From Nitrospina sp. LS_NOB (GTDB taxonomy: Bacteria > Nitrospinota > Nitrospinia > Nitrospinales > VA-1): a stretch of 64,000 nt of DNA. Shown piece by piece: positions 9,272-18,073 of this stretch (position 1 is the stretch's first letter; each line of letters starts with the position of its first letter). A program made the translations under genes and the position numbers. The notes beneath the pieces are model-generated. The model made no database searches, was not told the origin of the DNA, and saw nothing but the letters and a program-made list of their open reading frames with translations. The stretch is taken from NCBI GenBank assembly GCA_001542995.1, contig LFLA01000021.1, positions 324,875-388,874 of the forward strand, in the 5' to 3' direction.

Positions 9272-9901
9272 TCAGAGGTCTTCTGAATCTTTAATTGCTC
9301 TGGCTTCAAGTTCGTCGATTTTTTTGCTCAGTTTGCTGACCAGAGCCGCGTAGGATTCGGTACTGATTATTTTGGAGAACTGGGACCTATAATTACGAAC
9401 CAGGCTAACCCCTTCTATCACGAAGTCATAGACCAGCCATTCACCATTACTCTTGAGCATTTTGTAATCAACATCAATCACCCCATCCTTGCGGACAATC
9501 TGGGTTCTGACCAAGGCATATTTCCCCTTAACCTGTTCGTCCACATAATTAATAGTCTCATTCCGATAATTCTCAATTTTGTTGGCGTAGGAGTTTTCAA
9601 GTAATTTTTTAAAAAGTCCGGTGAACTCTTTGCGCTCCGCATCGCTCCGGTCGTTGTAATTCTTGGCCAGAGAGCGCATCACCATCTGCTTATAATTGAA
9701 ACGCACGCCAATCACCTGGCGCAGTTTTTTCCTTCTTAAGACAGGATCTTTCTTGAGGTTTTCGTCAGAAAGAATCTCCAAGACCTGATCAATGGTTCCC
9801 TTCACGTCCGCAGTGATTTGTGACCCCGCAAACACCTGCCCGGAACCCAAAAGCAAAAAAACCGCAATCAACGAATAAACCCAAGTATATTTTCTGTTCA
9901 T
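9272..9901 (-). CDS. mlaC: MlaC/Ttg2D-family phospholipid-binding periplasmic protein
   Basis: Signal peptide MNRKYTWVYSLIAVFLLLGSGQVFA, then MlaC-like body (FNYKQMVMRSLAKNYNDRSDAERKEFTGLFKKLLENSYANKIENY ... EWLVYDFVIEGVSLVRNYRSQF). ATG 9901 with GAGGA upstream is preferred to track start 9985. Confidence 0.85.
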   Translation of the reverse strand: MNRKYTWVYSLIAVFLLLGSGQVFAGSQITADVKGTIDQVLEILSDENLKKDPVLRRKKLRQVIGVRFNYKQMVMRSLAKNYNDRSDAERKEFTGLFKKLLENSYANKIENYRNETINYVDEQVKGKYALVRTQIVRKDGVIDVDYKMLKSNGEWLVYDFVIEGVSLVRNYRSQFSKIISTESYAALVSKLSKKIDELEARAIKDSEDL

Positions 9902-10147
9902 CAAAGAATCCTCACAGTTAGTTTCACCCCCGCCTTTTTGAGCAACTCTAACAAATATGGTATTTCGAATCAAGCATCCAGCCACCTCCCATCAAGATAA
10001 TTCCTCACTTAACTCATAATTCAACCCAAGAAAATGCCGATAAATTATAGGGGACTCAGGCCCATTTTCACCCGTCGAAATACTAGCGGGAGGAGGAAAA
10101 CTTCCCGGATCATAATTTATTTAAATTTAAACAAATTCTTTAAAATA

Positions 10148-10176
10148 TTGACAAATTTCACAGGATTTCATATAGT
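10148..10176 (+). promoter_or_regulatory. sigma70-type promoter (TTGACA-17 nt-TATAGT)
   Basis: TTGACA 10148-10153, 17-nt spacer, TATAGT 10171-10176, about 50 nt upstream of the lipoprotein gene start. Confidence 0.5.
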
Positions 10177-10228
10177 AGATAAATCTCTAAACGATCAAAT
10201 AATCAATAATTTAGACGGGTATCACATC

Positions 10229-11188
10229 GTGGGCCATTACCGTATTCCCCCATTCCTGAAACTATCCCTCGCACTTTTGGGACTTCTCTTTGCCGGGTGT
10301 GGCACCATTGACCTGGAAATTCGCCACGGTAGCGCAAATACGGGCATGCAACCCCGATCGGTGGCAATTTTGCCCTTCACCCTTGAGGAACCGGCTCATG
10401 AAAAAGTTGCTCCTCACGAGCTGTTCCGAGACTGTTTTTACAATTATTTCAGTTTTCTCGGTTATGTGGACCTGCCCCTGGAAACCATTGACCAAAAATT
10501 ACAGCAGGCGGGCCTGACCGACAATAAAAAGATTTTAGAGTTGAGCCCTGAAAAGCTTCGGGAAATCCTGGGCGTTGACGCGGTGATTCGTGGCCGTGTT
10601 CTATCCGCCAGCAATTTCACCGGAGGCATTCACGCGGAAACTTCCCTCAAAGCAAAAATTGACATGCTTGATCTGAGAACAGGAGATGTTCTCTGGGAAA
10701 CTGAACATAAGGAAATGACCTATTCAGGAATCCTTTCCCCAACGATTATTGAGATCATCCAGAGTCAAATGGACAACGTCAAAGTAAACCAAGCCTATTA
10801 TAAAATGGCGGAGATGTTTTCGATCAACATGATGAAGGAAATCCCCGACCCTGCTGACAGCTGGAAAGAGGAAATTCGTCTGCCAAAGATCATCAGCATT
10901 GAAACCAACTTGAAGCCGAGCCTGAAACTGAAACCCAATGACCGGATTTATGTGAACCTGAAAGGCGACCCGGGACTGACCGGGTACTTCGGTATTGGAA
11001 GCTGGAAATCAGACATACCTTTAAAAGAAATCGTGCCCGGACTCTACACCGGAAGCTACACCATCAAAGCTTCTGATGATGTGAGCAGTTCTTTGATAAT
11101 CGGCACTCTGAAAAACAAAAACGGCCTCACTGGAAAAAAGTTCTACAAAGACGGCATGGCCCAGTTTGATCGTTCATCTACGCACTAA
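10229..11188 (+). CDS. lipoprotein with LpoB/CsgG-like (DUF799-like) domain
   Basis: Lipobox LALLGLLFAG|C. Domain SVAILPFTLEE...LREILGVDAVIRGRVL...LDLRTGDVLWETEH is paralogous to the next gene. GTG 10229 is chosen because the promoter at 10148 lies inside the longer track ORF. Confidence 0.6.
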   Translation: MGHYRIPPFLKLSLALLGLLFAGCGTIDLEIRHGSANTGMQPRSVAILPFTLEEPAHEKVAPHELFRDCFYNYFSFLGYVDLPLETIDQKLQQAGLTDNKKILELSPEKLREILGVDAVIRGRVLSASNFTGGIHAETSLKAKIDMLDLRTGDVLWETEHKEMTYSGILSPTIIEIIQSQMDNVKVNQAYYKMAEMFSINMMKEIPDPADSWKEEIRLPKIISIETNLKPSLKLKPNDRIYVNLKGDPGLTGYFGIGSWKSDIPLKEIVPGLYTGSYTIKASDDVSSSLIIGTLKNKNGLTGKKFYKDGMAQFDRSSTH

Positions 11189-11190
11189 CT

Positions 11191-12477
11191 ATGATTTTGG
11201 CTAAACACATTTCTAGTCTTCGTCGGTCTTTTGCGATGTTGCTTTTGGCAACCCTGGTTTCTGCCTGCGCTTCAGACCTACAAACCAAGGTGTCCGGACA
11301 TCTTAATGGACTGTCCAAGCATCAAACCGTGGCCATCCTGCCCGTTGAAGCAAGCAATAAGGGGCAAAAAGAAATGGCAAAATTGTTCCGGCAAGGTTTA
11401 TATGCCAACCTCAAGCAATCCAAATTCAATTTACTGGAAAAATATATTGTAGACGGTCTGCTGAAGCAAAACAACTTGAACGATCCCGCAAGCTTTCTCG
11501 CTATCAATCCCATGCAGTTTGGTGAAATCCTGGGCGCAGATGCTATTGTGTTCAGCCGAATCAACAAAGTGGAACGCAGTTACTTTATTGTGCATTCCTC
11601 CATCGAACTCAGCGTCTCCGTGCAAATGGTGGACACACGCACCGGAGAGATTCTCTGGCGAGCCGAACAAACGGAACATGATTTTTCCGGTATCGGCAAA
11701 ATTCCAACCGGAATCTTCACCGCCCTGCTCGCTCCCATTCAGTTTGTGACCAATAAATTCAACCTAAGCAAGATGACCTCTAAAATGGTCAATAAGCTGA
11801 CCGCCTTGGTGAAGAAACCCGAAGACGCGGAAAAAGAAACTCAATTCGAAAAAACGGTGATCGCAAAAAAAGCCACCACCGACCTGAATAAAATTGAAGA
11901 ACTCCAGCAACTCAAAGCTGAATGGAACCAGGTGCTGGCTCTGGATGAGGAAGTTTTATCAAGTGAAATCCAAAAAGAAGCGATGGTTCCGATAAAAAGT
12001 TCCCCATCTTACGTACCGGTAGGAAAAATTCAAAACGAGGGGCCACTGAAAGCCGTGGTTCGAAAAATTGGGGCCACGGATGCAGAAAGGACCCAGCATC
12101 CAACTGCTCCTGAAACAAAAAAACAAAAAATCGCAACATCCATTCCCTTGAGCGCGTATAAAGCAACCCCGGCTATATCTCCCCGCATCGATGACCGACT
12201 GTCTCGCGTAAAAGCTAAATCCGGCAAAAACATAAATAAAAGTCTAACACCGACGTTATATACCGTGCAGGTGGGGGCTTATAAAACCAAAGCCTATGCT
12301 CAAAATCTTTTGAAGAAACTGGTAAAAAAAGGCTACAACGCTTTCGTGATTCACAACAAGATTTACAAAGTGCAGGTGGATAAATTTAAAAATAAGCAGG
12401 ACGCCCTCAAACTCGCCCAACTCATCCGGAAAAACGAAAACCTGAAAAACTTTGTGACCACCATCCAAACGGGTTAA
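11191..12477 (+). CDS. lipoprotein, LpoB/CsgG-like domain + C-terminal SPOR domain
   Basis: Lipobox LLLATLVSA|C. QTVAILPVEASN...FGEILGADAIVFSRIN...VDTRTGEILWRAEQTEHD. C-terminal SPOR-like YTVQVGAYKTKAYAQNLLKKLVKKGYNAFV...YKVQVDKFKNKQDALKLAQLI. Confidence 0.75.
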   Translation: MILAKHISSLRRSFAMLLLATLVSACASDLQTKVSGHLNGLSKHQTVAILPVEASNKGQKEMAKLFRQGLYANLKQSKFNLLEKYIVDGLLKQNNLNDPASFLAINPMQFGEILGADAIVFSRINKVERSYFIVHSSIELSVSVQMVDTRTGEILWRAEQTEHDFSGIGKIPTGIFTALLAPIQFVTNKFNLSKMTSKMVNKLTALVKKPEDAEKETQFEKTVIAKKATTDLNKIEELQQLKAEWNQVLALDEEVLSSEIQKEAMVPIKSSPSYVPVGKIQNEGPLKAVVRKIGATDAERTQHPTAPETKKQKIATSIPLSAYKATPAISPRIDDRLSRVKAKSGKNINKSLTPTLYTVQVGAYKTKAYAQNLLKKLVKKGYNAFVIHNKIYKVQVDKFKNKQDALKLAQLIRKNENLKNFVTTIQTG

Positions 12478-12481
12478 ACCT

Positions 12482-13324
12482 ATGGTCAACGAAATTTTTC
12501 CTATTAAAGATATCGGCTACTGGTCAGAAATTAAATTAGACATAATAAAAAAATATGCCCACGCCTACTCCACGATACTTACTCAACAAAGAGGCCTAAA
12601 GCCAATTTACATAGATGCTTTTGCCGGCACAGGGATCCACCGAAAAAAAGGCTCAGGAGAGCTAATTCCAGGATCCCCTCTTAATGCAATAAATGTCGAC
12701 CCACCGTTTTTTGAATACCACTTTGTTGACATTGACAAAGACAAAGTTGATTTCCTGAAAAATATTGTATTAAAAAGGGTAAATGTCAACGCCTCTGTCT
12801 ATGAGGGCGATTGCAATGACATCTTAATAAACGATCTTCTTCCTAAAGTTAGATATCAAGACTTTAAAAGAGCGCTATGCTTTTTAGATCCTTATGGACT
12901 ACACTTAGATTGGAATGTTATTAAAAAGGCGGGAGAAATGGGAACATGTGATATTTTTTTAAATTTCCCGATTCTTGACATGAACAGGAATGTGCTTCTA
13001 TGCGACCCCGATAAAGTTGCACAAAAAGAAATTGAACGAATGAACCGATTTTGGGGAGACGAGAGTTGGAAGGAAGAAATTTACAATACCCAACAAGGTT
13101 TATTTGGAGAAGACCAGAAAATTAAGGGAGATATTTTAGGGCTAATAAAAGCTTTCCGAAAAAGGTTAAAGGAAGTGGCTGGTTTTTCTGAAGTAACCGA
13201 GCCTATTCCCATGAAGAACGAACAAGGGGGAACATTATATTTTTTGTATTTTGCCTCCCAAAAACGGGTAGCAGCAAAAATTGCTCGGGATCTTTTTAAA
13301 AAATACCGAGTTGCAGGTTTATAG
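12482..13324 (+). CDS. three-Cys-motif partner protein TcmP-like (methyltransferase-like fold)
   Basis: WSEIKLDIIKKYAHAYSTIL...IYIDAFAGTGIH...PGSPLNAI matches my recollection of the TcmP family, which pairs with Gp37/Gp68 proteins. Visibly AT-richer than its flanks. Confidence 0.7.
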   Translation: MVNEIFPIKDIGYWSEIKLDIIKKYAHAYSTILTQQRGLKPIYIDAFAGTGIHRKKGSGELIPGSPLNAINVDPPFFEYHFVDIDKDKVDFLKNIVLKRVNVNASVYEGDCNDILINDLLPKVRYQDFKRALCFLDPYGLHLDWNVIKKAGEMGTCDIFLNFPILDMNRNVLLCDPDKVAQKEIERMNRFWGDESWKEEIYNTQQGLFGEDQKIKGDILGLIKAFRKRLKEVAGFSEVTEPIPMKNEQGGTLYFLYFASQKRVAAKIARDLFKKYRVAGL

Positions 13325-13327
13325 TTT

Positions 13328-14047
13328 ATGGCCTCTCAATCTACAATTGAATGGACGGAATCAACCTGGAACCCGGTAACGGGGTGCACCAAAATCAGTC
13401 CCGGTTGTAAGCTTTGCTACGCAGAGCGGATGGCTCACCGCCTTGAAGCCATGGGTTCGCCTAATTATCGCAACGGCTTTGAAACCACCCTTCATCTCCA
13501 TGCCCTGGGAATTCCTCTAAAATGGAAAAAACCACAAATCGTTTTTGTCAATTCTATGAGCGATTTGTTTCACGATGATGTACCTTTAGAATTTATTCAG
13601 CGTGTTTTTGAGGTTATGGCTCAAGCCTCACAACATCAATTCCAAGTCTTGACTAAACGCGCAGAAAGGCTGGAAAAAATAAGTAAAGACCTTATTTGGT
13701 CAGAAAATGTCTGGATGGGAGTAAGCATCGAACGTGCGGATTATTTATACCGGATTAAACGTCTTCGAAAGACAGGCGCCAAAATCAAATTCTTATCCCT
13801 CGAACCATTATTAGGCCCTTTAAGTAAAATAAATTTAAAGGGAATGGATTGGGTGATTGTTGGGGGAGAATCAGGGCCCGGAGCAAGGCCTATGAAACCA
13901 CAATGGGTTACAGGGATTCGAGAACAATGCCATCAAGCCAATGTTCCTTTTTTCTTTAAACAATGGGGTGGCACCAATAAGAAGAAAGCAGGTAGAACTC
14001 TGGAGGGAAAAACCTACGACGAAATGCCGGAACTCGCCACCATATAA
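13328..14047 (+). CDS. DUF5131 / phage Gp37-Gp68 family protein (three-Cys motif)
   Basis: N-terminal [29 protein letters not shown] (C-x6-C-x2-C) and C-terminal [15 protein letters not shown]...FFFKQWGG, typical of the family. Lies 3 nt after the TcmP stop. Confidence 0.8.
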   Translation: MASQSTIEWTESTWNPVTGCTKISPGCKLCYAERMAHRLEAMGSPNYRNGFETTLHLHALGIPLKWKKPQIVFVNSMSDLFHDDVPLEFIQRVFEVMAQASQHQFQVLTKRAERLEKISKDLIWSENVWMGVSIERADYLYRIKRLRKTGAKIKFLSLEPLLGPLSKINLKGMDWVIVGGESGPGARPMKPQWVTGIREQCHQANVPFFFKQWGGTNKKKAGRTLEGKTYDEMPELATI

Positions 14048-14085
14048 ACTCAAGTCTAGACAAATCAGTTTATTACCCTAAAATA

Positions 14086-14263
14086 GCCGACGAGCAGAGC
14101 CGAGATTTTATTAAGCGAATGCAAAAATCCGCATATGGAATGAAAAAATTTATCGATGACTTGCTTCGTTTTTCAAAGGTTTCAACCGAAAATATTCCTT
14201 TCAAAAAAAGTTGACTTGGAACATAACAGCAAAAACAGTTGCGGCTTGGCTTTCTGGCGTTGA
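14086..14263 (+). pseudogene. histidine-kinase remnant (end of HisKA/DHp helix region only)
   Basis: ADEQSRDFIKRMQKSAYGMKKFIDDLLRFSKVSTENIPFKKVDLEH resembles the ...a.rM..LIdDLL.fSRv......f..vdL segment of sensor kinases. No phospho-His box, no HATPase domain, no start codon. Confidence 0.45.
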
Positions 14264-14272
14264 AGGTTTTGG

Positions 14273-15412
14273 TTACTGTTTTGATGCCACAAATTTATCC
14301 AGCAGATCGAAGAAACGGCTGACCTCATCTTCACTATTATAAAAATGTGGTGAGAGACGGACCAGACCGTCACGGACGGTGAGCTTGACCTTGTTCTCCA
14401 ACATCCATTCATAGAGCTGGCTGATATCCTGATTCATGACGAAAGCAATATTTCCAGAACGTTCTTCCGGGCGGGTGGAGCTATAAACTTTCAGTCCGCG
14501 CCGGTTGAGTTGTTCGAGAATCCTATCGCCCAGAGTCATCACCCGTTTCTCGATATTTTCGATCCCTGTTTCCAGTAGCAGGTCCAGTGCCGCACCAAAT
14601 GCGTGAATGCTCATCGTGTTGGGCGAACCTTCTTCAAAACGTTGCGCACCCGGCCTGAAGGCAAACTCATAATTCATGAAGTCTGCGGCATTGACCATGT
14701 TTCCCCATCCTACCGTTACCGGATAGACCTTTTCTAGAGCATCCCTGGAAATATAGAATCCGCCAAGCCCCTCGACACTGAGCATCCACTTATGCCCATC
14801 TGCAGAGAGAAAATCAATATGATCGCGTTTCACATCCATCGGCAGGAGTCCCAGGCTTTGAATAGCATCGACGCAAAACAGGATGCCCTTTTCTTTGCAG
14901 AACGCGCCGATGCGGTTGAGGTCACAACGGAAGCCACTATTGCATTCCACCGAACTGATGGAAATGAGTCTGGTCCGGGCATCCACATGCTTGACCAGAT
15001 CGTCAAACAACACCCGCCCCTCAACAGCAGGAACCATGCGGGTTTCAACACCCAAACGTTTCAGGTTCCACCAAGGGTAAACATTGGCAGGAAACTCAAT
15101 GTCAGGGATGACCACATTGTCGCCCGACTTCCAATCCAGTCCATTGGCAACGATGGAAAGTCCTTCGGAGGTATTTTTGACAAATGCCACCTCATCTGTC
15201 CCGGCGTTGATGAGCCGGGCAAAACTTTTTCGGGACTGTTCGATGCCCACCATCCAGGTTTCGTAATGGACCGTGCCGTAGCGGGTGGCGTCATCCACAA
15301 ATGCAGTCACTACTTTACGCACCCGCTCGGGCAAGGGTGCCACCCGGGCATGGTCGAAAAAGATCAACTCCTCCGTGACGGGAAACTCTTCTTTGATATT
15401 TTCAAAATTCAT
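14273..15412 (-). CDS. class V aminotransferase (cysteine desulfurase/selenocysteine lyase-like)
   Basis: MNFENIKEEFPVTEELIFFDHARVAPLP..., PLP-lysine context FLSADGHKWM, ...RLSPHFYNSEDEV. ATG 15412 is preferred because the track's 40 extra codons overlap dinB. Confidence 0.85.
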   Translation of the reverse strand: MNFENIKEEFPVTEELIFFDHARVAPLPERVRKVVTAFVDDATRYGTVHYETWMVGIEQSRKSFARLINAGTDEVAFVKNTSEGLSIVANGLDWKSGDNVVIPDIEFPANVYPWWNLKRLGVETRMVPAVEGRVLFDDLVKHVDARTRLISISSVECNSGFRCDLNRIGAFCKEKGILFCVDAIQSLGLLPMDVKRDHIDFLSADGHKWMLSVEGLGGFYISRDALEKVYPVTVGWGNMVNAADFMNYEFAFRPGAQRFEEGSPNTMSIHAFGAALDLLLETGIENIEKRVMTLGDRILEQLNRRGLKVYSSTRPEERSGNIAFVMNQDISQLYEWMLENKVKLTVRDGLVRLSPHFYNSEDEVSRFFDLLDKFVASKQ

Positions 15413-15419
15413 TTTAGCC

Positions 15420-16586
15420 TTACGCCGAGTAGCGGCTCGTCCCTCGTAATATGGATTTAAAACCATATTTATGACGGATGCGGTCGATACCCTGATACAG
15501 ACCATCCCAGCATTGACCTCCTTTATCATCAAACAATTCTTCCTGCCGATAAGGGTGTGCGGTCAACGAAGTGAACGCGATACCGATGAGACGCACCTGC
15601 ATCTGGCGCGTAAACAGCTTGCGGAATAATCCCGCACAGGTTTTAAATAACATATGGTCTTCCGCTGTTGGCATCTCCAGTGTTTTTGATCGGGTCACTG
15701 TCTTAAAATCGGAGTAACGCAGTTTCAACGTCACCGTACGAGCAAACAACTTGTTTTCCCTGAGCTGGCCCGCTGCTTTTTCGGTCAGGTAACTGAGTGC
15801 GGACTCCAGAAATAACGGGTCTGTTGAATCCGTCTCCAATGTCGTTTCACGGCTGATCGAGCGTGGGTCTTCAGTTTCGCTGATGACCGGACTGTCACTG
15901 ATCCCCCTGGCCTTGCGGTAAAGAGACACACCCCATTTGCCATAAACCTCTTCAAGAAGTTCAAGCGGCAGGCGGGCCAGGTCGCCCACAGATTTAACGC
16001 CCATGCGTTGTAGTTCAGCACCGCCTTTTGGTCCGATACCTGGAACGCGGCGGATGGGGAGCGGAGCCAGGAACCTTTGTTCCATCCCCGGTGCGATCCA
16101 CAACATTCCATTGGGCTTGCAATAAGCCGAGGCAATCTTGGCCAGTAGTTTGTTGGAAGCAATGCCAATGGAAGCGTTCAAACCCAGCACCTCACGAATC
16201 TCGTTGCAAATTTTTTCCGCCGACACCAGAACCGGACCGTGCAGCCTTTCGCATCCGGTCAAATCGACAAACGCTTCATCGAGCGAAATCGGTTCGACCA
16301 GAGGAGAATAGCGTTTTAAAATTTCAAACACCTTAACCGAGTATTCGCTGTACCGTCGGTGCGAACCACTGAGAAAAATTGCGTGCGGACACAACCTCTT
16401 CGCTTTCGCAATCGGCATTGCGGAATGAACACCATACCGCCTCACCGCATAGGAGGCGGCCGCAACCACCCCTCTTCCTTCAGGGCTACCACCGACTATT
16501 ACAGGTTTGCCCTTCAGGGATGGGTCGAGCACCTCTTCCACCGACACGAAAAACGCGTCCATATCCACATGCAATATATTTCGCAA
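15420..16586 (-). CDS. dinB: DNA polymerase IV (Y-family)
   Basis: (M)RNILHVDMDAFFVSVEEVLDPSLKGKPVIVGG..., SLDEAFVDLTG. TTG 16586 preceded by AAGGGG gives the canonical N-terminus. The track start (GTG 16658, overlapping the lexA stop) adds 24 codons that coincide with an R5 repeat copy. Confidence 0.9.
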   Translation of the reverse strand: MRNILHVDMDAFFVSVEEVLDPSLKGKPVIVGGSPEGRGVVAAASYAVRRYGVHSAMPIAKAKRLCPHAIFLSGSHRRYSEYSVKVFEILKRYSPLVEPISLDEAFVDLTGCERLHGPVLVSAEKICNEIREVLGLNASIGIASNKLLAKIASAYCKPNGMLWIAPGMEQRFLAPLPIRRVPGIGPKGGAELQRMGVKSVGDLARLPLELLEEVYGKWGVSLYRKARGISDSPVISETEDPRSISRETTLETDSTDPLFLESALSYLTEKAAGQLRENKLFARTVTLKLRYSDFKTVTRSKTLEMPTAEDHMLFKTCAGLFRKLFTRQMQVRLIGIAFTSLTAHPYRQEELFDDKGGQCWDGLYQGIDRIRHKYGFKSILRGTSRYSA

Positions 16587-16654
16587 ACCCAACCCCTTAT
16601 TAAGCCGAGACAACTTTTTGCCTGCCAGATAAAATTTTGCTTGCCCCCGGTGGC

Positions 16655-17251
16655 TCACCGGTTATCAAACTTGCGCAACACACCTATGACCACACCCTGA
16701 ATGGCAAAGTCGCCTTCACGGACGATGATTGGTTTCATATCCGGGTGGGCGGGTTGCAGGCGCACCCGGTCCTTTTCCCGGTAAAACCGTTTCAAGGTAG
16801 CCCGGTCGTTGTCGATCAATGCCACCACCGTTTCCCCGTTTTCGGCCACATCGCGCCGCTCCACGATCACATAATCTCCGTCCTGAATATGGTCTTCGAT
16901 CATCGAATTGCCTTTGACCTTGAGAACAAAGATATCTTTCTCTCCGGCATCGGGCAACAGAGCCATCACTTCACGGTGGTCCATCACCTCAATCGGCTCA
17001 CCCGCAGCGATATAGCCCAGCACCGGGTATTCCCGCGCGGGCTCTTCCACCACTTCAATGGCGCGGCTCAAATTATGTTGCTTCTTGATCAGCCCCTTCT
17101 TTTCCAAATGGGTCAGGTGCTTGTGCACCGTCGCCGGAGAACTGAGCTGGAAATGTTTGCCAATTTCCACAATGCTCGGCGCATACCCCTTGGAATGGAT
17201 ATGCTCCTTGAGGTACTCATAAATCTCCCGCTGACGTTTGGTGAGATACAT
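16655..17251 (-). CDS. lexA: LexA repressor
   Basis: N-terminal wHTH (LTKRQREIYEYLKEHIHSKGYAPSIVEIGKHF), cleavage/peptidase S24 region (VKGNSMIEDHIQDGDYVIV ... ATLKRF). Confidence 0.95.
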   Translation of the reverse strand: MYLTKRQREIYEYLKEHIHSKGYAPSIVEIGKHFQLSSPATVHKHLTHLEKKGLIKKQHNLSRAIEVVEEPAREYPVLGYIAAGEPIEVMDHREVMALLPDAGEKDIFVLKVKGNSMIEDHIQDGDYVIVERRDVAENGETVVALIDNDRATLKRFYREKDRVRLQPAHPDMKPIIVREGDFAIQGVVIGVLRKFDNR

Positions 17252-17318
17252 GGTGTAGACTCCTTCGACTTTCTCTAAAGAAAACGGGCCTCACCCGGAG
17301 GAATGTTGCAATATTTCA

Positions 17319-17500
17319 TTAAGCCGAGAACAAGCTTGCTCGCCTAAAGCAGTCGCTGCCATTTGCCTCCCTCGTAGAGGGTGGAGGCACTCCACAGAAT
17401 AAGCGAAAAAAAAACGAAAATCAAGCCCGCAACACGGGCTGGAAACGGGGCAATTTGCCTCCAGTCGCTGGCCCCACGCCGAGTGGGGTGGTATCCTGAA
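17319..17500. repeat. intergenic repeat modules between lexA and arsC
   Basis: R5-type attaagccgagaacaagcttgctcgcc (17319..17345). tggccccacgccgagtgggg (17470-17490) recurs at 34621-34640, and in variant form at 2941-2968 and 8264-8285. Confidence 0.55.
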
Positions 17501-17504
17501 CCCT

Positions 17505-17936
17505 ATGGCAACGAAACTGAAGCTTCTATTTTTGTGTACCGGCAACTCGTGCCGAAGCCAGATGGCCGAGGGCTGGGCGCGGCACTTGAAGAGCGACTCC
17601 ATCCAGGCGTTTTCAGCCGGACTCGAGGCGCATGGCCTGAATCCCAGCGCAGTTAAAGTCATGCAGGAGGTCGGAGTGGACATCACCGATCAGAAGTCGC
17701 AGAAAGTGGAGGAAGTGGAAACCATCCCTTTCGATTTTGTGATCACCGTGTGCAGTCACGCCGATGAGAACTGCCCGGTTTTCACCTGCACCTCCACCGT
17801 CGTGCATTTCGGATTTGATGATCCACCCAAGCTTGCGCAAAACGCAAACACAGAAGAAGAAGCCCTCGATCATTATCGCAGGGTGCGGGACGAGATCCGC
17901 ATCTTCGTCGAAACCCTGCCGGAAGTGTTGTGGTAG
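17505..17936 (+). CDS. arsC: arsenate reductase, LMW-PTP/thioredoxin-coupled type
   Basis: P-loop LCTGNSCRSQMAEG. Distal cysteine pair VCSHADENCP. HFGFDDPP. Confidence 0.85.
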   Translation: MATKLKLLFLCTGNSCRSQMAEGWARHLKSDSIQAFSAGLEAHGLNPSAVKVMQEVGVDITDQKSQKVEEVETIPFDFVITVCSHADENCPVFTCTSTVVHFGFDDPPKLAQNANTEEEALDHYRRVRDEIRIFVETLPEVLW

Positions 17937-17962
17937 TCGGCAAGAAAAACAAATCACCCCAG

Positions 17963-18014
17963 CCCCTCTTTGTAAAAGAGGGGTCCATTGAAGCTCCCCC
18001 TTCTGCGAAGGGGG
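17963..18014. repeat. two tandem perfect C/G hairpins downstream of arsC
   Basis: cccctcttt-gta-aaagagggg (17963..17983) and cccccttc-tgc-gaaggggg (17996..18014). No T-run. Same style as other intergenic hairpins. Confidence 0.6.
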
Positions 18015-18073
18015 TTGGGAGGATTTAAAGCTTCTCATGCAATATGCACACTAAACAAATTTAGGACATCTCT

